41,043 nt of DNA from an uncultured Candidatus Saccharibacteria bacterium. GTDB taxonomy: Bacteria; Patescibacteriota; Minisyncoccia; UBA6257; XYB1-36-10. Of this stretch, positions 35,088-41,043 are shown piece by piece (within the stretch, counting starts at the first letter, position 1; every line of letters begins with the position of its first letter). The translations under genes were made by a program, and so were the position numbers. Location: contig CAYIDJ010000004.1 of the NCBI GenBank assembly GCA_964362215.1, positions 1 to 41,043 on the forward strand. The letters are read 5' to 3'. Under the pieces are notes generated by a model. That model was not told where the DNA came from. It searched no databases and was given only the letters and a program-made list of their open reading frames with translations.

Positions 35088-35270
35088 ATGAGACAGTGTG
35101 CTATCTGCGGCAAGGGGTCAATAATGGCCAACCGCCGCAAAAAATTAAGAGGAAATTATAATCCGACAGGTAGAAGCCGCCGGTATCCCAATTTACAAAA
35201 AACCACCTACGAAGGGGGGAAAGTTTTAGCGTGCACGGAGTGCATATCTAAAACTAAAAAAGTTGCGTAA
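35088..35270 (+). CDS. rpmB: 50S ribosomal protein L28
   Basis: MRQCAICGKGSIMAN...RRYPNLQK....GGKVLACTECI fits the L28 pattern. ATG 35088 is preferred over the track start at 35028. Confidence 0.8.
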   Translation: MRQCAICGKGSIMANRRKKLRGNYNPTGRSRRYPNLQKTTYEGGKVLACTECISKTKKVA

Positions 35271-35271
35271 A

Positions 35272-35622
35272 TTAGGGAGTTGATTTTTGAAGAGGCCGGC
35301 GCAAGCCGGTTTTTTGGCGGCGGACGTCAAGATATTTATGAAAACGGAAAACGGCGGGGGTGCGAAAGGTGGGACGGCCGGGGCGTTTGCCGACTTTGGA
35401 GTGATTCTTCATAATAAGATAAATTGTAAAGGATATTGACAAAAAAATGAAGCCGTAGAAGAATAAAGATAGAACATTGATTGATTTGATTTGACGGCGG
35501 CGGCGCGATGAATTCAGGTAGTTGTTATTCAGAGAAGAATCCGGGGATTCGCGCCGCCGCCGACCAAATTTAAAGTAGCCACTCTCACCCGCCGCTGGGG
35601 CTGATGGACCCGTAGCCATCAA
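35272..35622 (-). CDS. hypothetical basic single-pass membrane protein (116 aa); could be a non-coding structured region
   Basis: A strong SD, AAAGGAGGAAA, lies 9 nt before ATG 35622, and there is one TM segment. However, the ORF crosses a 14-bp GC-rich inverted repeat (35495-35508 / 35549-35562, giving two RRRR tracts) and the rpmB terminator. Confidence 0.35.
   Translation of the reverse strand: MMATGPSAPAAGESGYFKFGRRRRESPDSSLNNNYLNSSRRRRQIKSINVLSLFFYGFIFLSISFTIYLIMKNHSKVGKRPGRPTFRTPAVFRFHKYLDVRRQKTGLRRPLQKSTP
35294..35316 (+). terminator. intrinsic terminator after rpmB
   Basis: GGCCGGC-GCAA-GCCGGT followed by TTTTTT. Confidence 0.65.
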
Positions 35623-35753
35623 TTATTTCCTCCTTTCAATCATGCCCAGGCGGGTTTTTGTTTGGATAAGCTGGGATGGACTGGGTTGCTAGATTACTGG
35701 AGGATTAGTAACTTGATAAATTAGATAGTCGGATTATTGAATGAGGTGGGAAG

Positions 35754-35782
35754 TTGAGACAAAGTGGAAAGTAAGATACAAT
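35754..35782 (+). promoter_or_regulatory. candidate promoter TTGAGA-17-TACAAT
   Basis: TTGAGA 35754-35759, 17-nt spacer, TACAAT 35777-35782. Confidence 0.4.
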
Positions 35783-35788
35783 TAAAAT

Positions 35789-35916
35789 AGAACATCCGTC
35801 GGAAAAGCCCGCCGAGGGCCCAGAAAGGTAATTCTGCGTTTTATTGTATCAGGTCATTGCGTGGCCAAGAGGTACAAAAAACAGAAAAATCGACTAAGGG
35901 CTTGAGGCGGGTTTTA
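35789..35916 (+). ncRNA. candidate ~125-nt long-hairpin small RNA upstream of tRNA-Pro (identity unknown)
   Basis: Closing helix CCCGCC..GGCCC (35808-35821) pairs with GGGC..GGCGGG (35898-35911) and is followed by TTTT. Inner helices are UUCUG/CAGAA, UUGUAUC/GGUACAA and GGUCA/UGGCC, capped by UUGCG. Confidence 0.3.
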
Positions 35917-35990
35917 CTTTAGATAACTAGAAACTGGATGGTTGGATAAACTGGAGAGGAGATGAGATGGAAAAACCACAAGTTTTGGCT

Positions 35991-35996
35991 TATAAT
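35991..35996 (+). promoter_or_regulatory. TATAAT box 10 nt upstream of tRNA-Pro
   Basis: Exact TATAAT, but no convincing -35 box. Confidence 0.3.
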
Positions 35997-36006
35997 AATT
36001 TAAAAA

Positions 36007-36077
36007 CGGGCTGTAGTATACCGGCAGTACGCATGCATGGGGTGCATGTAGACCGGGTTCGATTCCCGGCAGCCCGA
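36007..36077 (+). tRNA. tRNA-Pro (anticodon GGG)
   Basis: CGGGCTG-TA-GTAT/ACCGGCA/GTAC-G-CATGC-ATGGGGT-GCATG-TAGA-CCGGG-TTCGATT-CCCGG-CAGCCCG-A. C1-G72, G37 and A73 are typical of tRNA-Pro. CCA is not encoded. Confidence 0.85.
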
Positions 36078-36085
36078 CAGTGGTG

Positions 36086-37096
36086 ATGAAAAATTTACTG
36101 GAGCAGGTAGGTAAAGTTTTGTTTATGAAAACTCAAGTTTTAAAAAATAAAAAAGAATTATTTATTTCCCCAAATTCGCCGTTCCATTTTGACGGTACTT
36201 TTCATAAACCCTCTCATTTCCCTGACAAGTTAGATGATTGGGAAAGTGGTAAATATTGGCAAGCTATCAGAATTGATAAAAAGTTGTTTGGTCTTAAAAT
36301 TGAAAACAAAGGCAAGACGCAAAAGCCAAAGATAAAAGTTTCGGTTTTTTATAATAAAGGCGTTTCTAACAAGGAAATTGAGGGTATAAAGCAGGAAGTT
36401 ATTTGGCGTTTTGACTTAAACGCAGACTTGAAAGAATTTAACAAGCTTGCTAAAAACGATAAACGCTTTTATCCAATTTTTAGAAAATGGTTGGGAATGC
36501 GAAATTCTAGTTCAGAGGATTTGTACGGATTGCTTATTGTTGCAGTGGTTTTGCAAAATGCGACAATTAGACGAACGGTTCAGATGATGAATGCCTTGCT
36601 TGATAACTATGGGACAAAACTAAAATTTGACGGCAAAGAAATTTTTGCGATTTGGCTTCCTGAAAACTTGGAAAATGTTTCTGAACAAGATTTAAGAAAT
36701 TTGAAAATTGGATATAGGGCAAAATTTATAAAGCGTTTATCGCAAGATTTTGCCGAGGGTAAAATTGACGAGCTGAAATTACGAACACTTGACCAAGAAA
36801 GTGCGAGGAAAGAGTTAATAAAATTGTATGGAGTCGGACCGGAAACCGCTCGCATTTTGCTTTTTGAGGTTTGTCATCAATATAATACTTTTGACCATGT
36901 CGCACCGTGGCAACAAAAAATATATTCTCGGCTCTTTTATGAAAAGCCACTTGTTCCGGCGAACAAAATCAGAGACGACATTAAAAAACAATATGGAAAA
37001 TACTCTATGCTCGCGGTTCATTACATTTGGGAAGATATTTTTTGGAGAAGAAAGAACGAAAAAATAGAGTGGTTGGAGAAAGAAATTAGACTTTGA
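36086..37096 (+). CDS. HhH-GPD superfamily DNA glycosylase (AlkA / 3-methyladenine glycosylase II-like)
   Basis: Helix-hairpin-helix LYGVGPETARILLFE with Asp 11 aa downstream of the motif (TFDHV). A+T-rich codon usage. Start uncertain (GTG 36080, ATG 36086 or ATG 36125). Confidence 0.7.
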   Translation: MKNLLEQVGKVLFMKTQVLKNKKELFISPNSPFHFDGTFHKPSHFPDKLDDWESGKYWQAIRIDKKLFGLKIENKGKTQKPKIKVSVFYNKGVSNKEIEGIKQEVIWRFDLNADLKEFNKLAKNDKRFYPIFRKWLGMRNSSSEDLYGLLIVAVVLQNATIRRTVQMMNALLDNYGTKLKFDGKEIFAIWLPENLENVSEQDLRNLKIGYRAKFIKRLSQDFAEGKIDELKLRTLDQESARKELIKLYGVGPETARILLFEVCHQYNTFDHVAPWQQKIYSRLFYEKPLVPANKIRDDIKKQYGKYSMLAVHYIWEDIFWRRKNEKIEWLEKEIRL

Positions 37097-37124
37097 TTTT
37101 GTCTGATAATCTAATAGATTAAAG

Positions 37125-37147
37125 ACCGCTGAAAATAGCGGTTTTTG
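37125..37147 (+). terminator. intrinsic terminator after the glycosylase gene
   Basis: ACCGCT-GAAAAT-AGCGGT followed by TTTTT. Confidence 0.6.
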
Positions 37148-37165
37148 CATTTCTGTGTTTTAGGT

Positions 37166-37247
37166 ACACACATATGGCGGTTTAATTAACTTGTAATCGG
37201 CCAGAAATTCATTTGGCGTTTTGCCGTTTAAACCGCCATATGTGTGT
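37166..37247. repeat. perfect 20-bp inverted repeat ACACACATATGGCGGTTTAA / TTAAACCGCCATATGTGTGT with 42-nt loop
   Basis: Arms at 37166-37185 and 37228-37247 are exact reverse complements. It ends 18 nt upstream of a consensus -35 box. Confidence 0.9.
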
Positions 37248-37265
37248 GCACATTACCCGTTTGGA

Positions 37266-37294
37266 TTGACATTTAACTTGCTATTTGCTATAAT
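37266..37294 (+). promoter_or_regulatory. perfect consensus sigma70-type promoter TTGACA-17-TATAAT
   Basis: TTGACA 37266-37271, exactly 17 nt, TATAAT 37289-37294. Confidence 0.65.
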
Positions 37295-37376
37295 AAATTA
37301 CCCCAACGTGAGGGATATAATTTGATGGTGCAAAGGTCAGTTACTGACCCAACACAAAGAGAAAGGAGGAAGGACC

Positions 37377-37532
37377 ATGTTTGCTTTTGGCTATATAAGG
37401 CAAGGGGCACAATGGCAAGGTAGTGGCGAGATACCAATCGTCATTGGGTTGATAATTTGGATTGGTTTTTTTGTCAGTTACCCCTGCGTTCTTTGGTATA
37501 TTGGTGAGATATTCTTTCGGCAAAAAACATAA
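37377..37532 (+). CDS. 51-aa hydrophobic peptide MFAFGYIRQGAQWQGSGEIPIVIGLIIWIGFFVSYPCVLWYIGEIFFRQKT (below ORF-track cutoff)
   Basis: AAAGGAGGAAGG ends 3 nt before ATG 37377, and the ORF is bracketed by the consensus promoter and a terminator. One long hydrophobic segment. Confidence 0.55.
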   Translation: MFAFGYIRQGAQWQGSGEIPIVIGLIIWIGFFVSYPCVLWYIGEIFFRQKT

Positions 37533-37556
37533 CTCCGTCACCATAATACTCGATCG

Positions 37557-37595
37557 CCCTGCGCGCATTATTATACGTCGCAGGGTTTTTTCTTT
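37557..37595 (+). terminator. intrinsic terminator of the small-peptide cassette
   Basis: CCCTGCG-15 nt-CGCAGGG followed by TTTTTTCTTT. Confidence 0.6.
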
Positions 37596-37871
37596 CCAAA
37601 AAAATTTCAAAAGGGTTTTTAAAAATATTAAAAAAAATTAAGGGCAAATAAAATTTCATATAACGTATCCGTATATCTGTAGTTTACATTGAGCGAAGCG
37701 AAATGTAAATTTGGGCGTAGCCAGATATACGGTGTTAGATAATGTAGCGACTGAAAGGAGCTATTTTATCTAACTCGTTATTATACGAATAAAATAAAGA
37801 TAGAATGACCTTTTTGGTGTCTTAGACGAAAACGGAATGATAATAACATATGATTATCGGCAGAAAGGCCT

Positions 37872-37899
37872 TTGATTTTATGGCAAGTTGTGATAAAAT
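37872..37899 (+). promoter_or_regulatory. candidate promoter TTGATT-16-TGA-TAAAAT (extended -10)
   Basis: TTGATT 37872-37877 and TGATAAAAT 37891-37899, with 8 nt to ATG 37908. No SD. Confidence 0.45.
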
Positions 37900-37907
37900 G
37901 AGTAATT

Positions 37908-38735
37908 ATGACAGCGTTATCTCTGAAAATAATGAATCAGCTGGATGATGCCGCTTGCGGTCCGACGTGTCTGCAGGCGATTTATAATTATTATGGAGAT
38001 AAAATTTCGCTTAAGGAGGTGGAACAGCAAGCTCATTCTTTATCCGGGGGAGGGACGCTGGCCGTGCTTTTGGCCAATCACGCCTTAAAAAGAGGGTATA
38101 AAGTTAAAATATACACTTATGACCTGGATATTTTTGACCCCTCCTGGTTTGATAAGAAAACCAATATCAGCGAAAAGTTAAGGGAACAGTTGCGCTACAA
38201 AAAAGGCAATAAGTTTCGCTACGCCAGCAAGGCCTTTTTGGAGTTTTTAAACTTGGGAGGGGTGGTTGAGTTTCAAGACCTTAACGCCGCGCTGTTGAGA
38301 AAATATCTGCATAGCAACATACCGATTCTGGCCGGTTTAAGTTCAACTTATCTTTACCGAAGCCCGCGAGAATATTACCGAAAGAGCGAATCGCGCTATG
38401 ACGATGTGCGCGGAGTTCCTATCGGGCATTTTGTGGTGTTGTTGGGACTGGACGATAAAAATGGAAGGGTGATTGTGGCCGACCCCTATAAAGACAATCC
38501 CCTATCCAAAGATAACTATTACTCGGTGGAAATCGGGCGCATTGTCAACGCGATTATGCTGGCGGTGGAGACATACGACAGCAACTTAGTAATCATTGAG
38601 CCGAAAGACAGTAAAATAAAATTAAAGGAGTCAAAGGAGAAATTCCTCCGGCCGGAGGGCGAGAAGAGGGAAAGTTTTTTCAGCAGATATTTTTACCGGC
38701 TGTCAAAGCTGTTAACGAAGGATAAGAAGCGGTAA
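37908..38735 (+). CDS. stand-alone peptidase C39-like cysteine protease domain protein
   Basis: QLDDAACGPTCLQAIYNYYG (Gln/Cys of the C39 catalytic site) and GHFVVLLGLDD..VADP (His/Asp). Lys-rich C-terminal tail. No fused ABC transporter. Confidence 0.7.
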   Translation: MTALSLKIMNQLDDAACGPTCLQAIYNYYGDKISLKEVEQQAHSLSGGGTLAVLLANHALKRGYKVKIYTYDLDIFDPSWFDKKTNISEKLREQLRYKKGNKFRYASKAFLEFLNLGGVVEFQDLNAALLRKYLHSNIPILAGLSSTYLYRSPREYYRKSESRYDDVRGVPIGHFVVLLGLDDKNGRVIVADPYKDNPLSKDNYYSVEIGRIVNAIMLAVETYDSNLVIIEPKDSKIKLKESKEKFLRPEGEKRESFFSRYFYRLSKLLTKDKKR

Positions 38736-38737
38736 AA

Positions 38738-41029
38738 TTATATTTCAATCCTTTTTAACCGGAGGGAGTTTAGAACAACACTTAAGCTGGAAAAGGCCAT
38801 GGCGGCGGCGGCGAAAATAGGATTGAGCAGAATGCCGAAGAACGGGTAAAGAACGCCGGCGGCGACTGGTATAAAAGCGGAATTGTAAAAGAAAGCCCAG
38901 AAAAGATTTTGTTTGATAATTTTCATGGTCCGTTTAGAGAGATTGATGACTTCGGGAATAAGCATCAAGTCCCCTCTCATCAGCGTGATATTGGCCGATT
39001 CCATGGCAATATCAGTCCCCTCGCCCATGGCGATGCTAATGTCAGCTTGAGTAAGCGCGGGCGCATCGTTAATGCCGTCGCCGATCATAGCAACAATTTT
39101 TCCTTTAGCTTGAAGCTCTCTTACTTTTTCCGATTTTTTGTCCGGCAGGACTTCGCTCATCACGTTGTCTATGCCGACTTGCGCGGCAATAGCTTTAGCG
39201 GTTCTTTGGTTGTCGCCAGTGATCATCCAGACATCCAAATGACTGTTTTTTAACGCCTCTATCGCTTTTTTAGATTCAGCTTTAAGCACATCGGCAACGG
39301 CCAGCGCGCCTTTGATTTGTTTGGCAACAACAAGAATCATTACGGTTTTGCCTTCGCTCTCAAGAGCCGCGATTTTGTTTTCATAGGGGGAGGTGTCCAG
39401 GCCTATTTCTTGGATTAAAGTACGGTTGCCAAGATAGGCCTCTACTTTTTGAGATTCTATCTGCAAAAACCCGCGTAATCCTTTGCCGGAAATCGCTTGA
39501 AAATTTTCCAATTTGTGCAGGTTAATTTTTTCTTTCGCGGCTTCATTTATTATCGCTTTATCAAGCGGATGTGAGGATTTCTGGTCTAAACTCGCGGCAT
39601 ACCGCAGAATAGCTTGAGCCAAGGGATGTTCTGACCTTTGTTCCAAAGAGGCCGCGAGGTGAAGAACTTCCGCTTGTTTTTCATCATTAAAGGCCAGGAT
39701 ATCCGTAAGTTGCGGTTTGCCTTGGGTAAGAGTCCCGGTTTTATCAAGAATGACCGTATTGAGCTTGCCGGCAATTTCAAGTGAAGCCGCGTCTTTAACT
39801 AAAATTCCTTTGGCGGCGGCGCTGCCGGAGGAAACCATAATCGCCATAGGAGTCGCCAAACCCAAAGCGCAAGGACAGGCAATAATAAGAACGGCCACAA
39901 AATTGATAAGGGCGAAACTAAAAGCAGGAGCGGGTCCGAAAAAATACCAGACGAGAAAAGTTAAAGCGGAGATAATAAAAACCGCGGGAACAAAGTAAGA
40001 AGAAACTAAATCAGCCAAGCGTTGGATTGGCGCTTTTGAACCCTGCGCTTCCTCTACCATTTTGATGATTTGAGAAAGAACAGTGTCTTTGCCGATTTTG
40101 GTGGCGCGGAAAGTAAACGTGCCAAACTGATTGACGGTACTGCCGATAACCGCACGGCCGATGATTTTATGAACTGGCATTGATTCTCCGGTAACCATTG
40201 ATTCGTCAATTTCGGAGTCGCCTTCGGTGATTTGGCCGTCTACGGGGACGCGCTCGCCGGGTCTGACAATCACTAAATCGTTAACATTAACTTCTGAAAT
40301 TGGAATTTCAATTTCTTTTCCGTCACGCAAAATTTTCGCGGTTTTGGGCTGAAGGCCAATCAGTTTTTTAATGGCTTCACTGGCTCGTCCTTTCATCAGA
40401 ATCTCAAAATATTTTCCCAGCAGAATTAAAACAATGATAATAGCCGAGGTGTCAAAATATATTCTCGGCGTTACTCCGCTTTGAGAAAAGAAAGCGGGAA
40501 AAATCGTAACGGCGGCGCTGTAGAAATAAGCGGCTAACGTGCCGATGGCGATAAGGGTGTTCATATCGGCAGTACGGTATTTGAAAAGAAGCTTAAGTCC
40601 GGCGTAAAATTGCCAACCGACCCAAAACTGCACAGGGGTGGTTAAAATAAGAAGAAGTCCATAGTCATTGAAAAACTTCGGCATAAAAGTAAACCACTCC
40701 GGAAAACTACCCAAGAATATGAGAATGGAAAGGAGGCCGCCGAGGATAAGTTTTTGCTTAAGGATATTTAGTTGTTTGGTTCTGGTGATTTTTTCTTTGT
40801 CTAAAATTTCTTCCGCTTCGCCTTCTTCGGCAATCGGTTTGTAGCCGGCGTCGGTGATGACTGTAAAAATTTTATCAAGGGAAAGTTCGCGGGGGTTAAA
40901 AACTATCTTGGCCCGCTGGTTGGAAAAATCCACATCAGTATTTTTTATACCCGGCAGTTTTTTCAGCGCACCCTCAACCACCATGGCGCAGTGGGGAGAA
41001 TCCATACCCAAGACCTTAATGGAAACCAT
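38738..41029 (-). CDS. copA: copper-translocating P1B-type ATPase
   Basis: 763 aa with an N-terminal HMA-like domain. TM CPC (IIACPCALGLATP), DKTGTLT, GDGINDAP, and YN and MxxSS motifs of Cu(I) pumps. Confidence 0.93.
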   Translation of the reverse strand: MVSIKVLGMDSPHCAMVVEGALKKLPGIKNTDVDFSNQRAKIVFNPRELSLDKIFTVITDAGYKPIAEEGEAEEILDKEKITRTKQLNILKQKLILGGLLSILIFLGSFPEWFTFMPKFFNDYGLLLILTTPVQFWVGWQFYAGLKLLFKYRTADMNTLIAIGTLAAYFYSAAVTIFPAFFSQSGVTPRIYFDTSAIIIVLILLGKYFEILMKGRASEAIKKLIGLQPKTAKILRDGKEIEIPISEVNVNDLVIVRPGERVPVDGQITEGDSEIDESMVTGESMPVHKIIGRAVIGSTVNQFGTFTFRATKIGKDTVLSQIIKMVEEAQGSKAPIQRLADLVSSYFVPAVFIISALTFLVWYFFGPAPAFSFALINFVAVLIIACPCALGLATPMAIMVSSGSAAAKGILVKDAASLEIAGKLNTVILDKTGTLTQGKPQLTDILAFNDEKQAEVLHLAASLEQRSEHPLAQAILRYAASLDQKSSHPLDKAIINEAAKEKINLHKLENFQAISGKGLRGFLQIESQKVEAYLGNRTLIQEIGLDTSPYENKIAALESEGKTVMILVVAKQIKGALAVADVLKAESKKAIEALKNSHLDVWMITGDNQRTAKAIAAQVGIDNVMSEVLPDKKSEKVRELQAKGKIVAMIGDGINDAPALTQADISIAMGEGTDIAMESANITLMRGDLMLIPEVINLSKRTMKIIKQNLFWAFFYNSAFIPVAAGVLYPFFGILLNPIFAAAAMAFSSLSVVLNSLRLKRIEI

Positions 41030-41043
41030 TTCGGAATTTCCGT

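Noticed and set aside
37341-37659. Minus-strand ORFs 37341-37610 (89 aa) and 37474-37659 (61 aa)
   Set aside because: They lie antisense to the well-signalled 51-aa peptide cassette, cross its terminator and have no RBS. They are likely spurious.
36078-38737. Integrated mobile element at tRNA-Pro
   Set aside because: No integrase or transposase ORF and no direct repeat of the tRNA 3' end are visible in the window, so a mobile_element feature is not supported. It is kept only as a compositional observation.
38733-38740. Convergent stop codons of the C39-like gene and copA only 2 nt apart
   Set aside because: This is notable because it leaves no room for terminators and implies overlapping 3' ends. 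It is a common consequence of compaction, and nothing further can be inferred from sequence alone.
1-41043. Alternative genetic code (UGA recoding) as seen in some CPR lineages
   Set aside because: TGA is used as a genuine stop (for example the sugar transferase at 8765-8767 and rplD at 27625-27627). All conserved proteins are full-length under the standard code.

Overview
The window reads as a gene-dense chromosome segment from a small-genome bacterium, consistent with CPR/Patescibacteria (inference from gene content; no L30 gene). Most genes are on the minus strand. Reading minus-strand genes from high to low coordinates: rpsL-rpsG-fusA, tuf-rpsJ, then rplC-rplD-rplW-rplB-rpsS-rplV-rpsC-rplP-rpmC-rpsQ-rplN-rplX-rplE-rpsZ-rpsH-rplF-rplR-rpsE-rplO-secY-adk-map. 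A two-gene insertion (NUDIX plus unknown) follows. After it come rplJ-rplL, a tiny basic ORF, hpf-secA, an RRM protein, an envelope glycosylation pair, a split ComEC, aspS, a beta-helix surface protein, an RNHCP protein and the 5' part of prfB. Three tRNAs are present: Thr-CGU, Gly-CCC, Pro-GGG. From about 35.6 kb onward, around tRNA-Pro, the sequence becomes visibly A+T-richer. That stretch carries a HhH-GPD glycosylase, a stand-alone C39-like peptidase, a Cu-type P1B ATPase and an unannotated promoter/SD/51-aa hydrophobic peptide/terminator cassette. Other points of interest: a conserved ~21-nt intercistronic element in the Shine-Dalgarno position of r-protein genes; a split between SD-less core genes and accessory ORFs with perfect SDs; -10 boxes abutting start codons (possible leaderless mRNAs); two promoter-to-terminator rod-shaped sRNA candidates; a 400-bp structured break between rpsJ and rplC; and long perfect inverted repeats just upstream of strong promoters. 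No CRISPR array, rRNA or clear transposase was seen. All promoter, terminator and ncRNA calls come from motif and structure reading by eye only.
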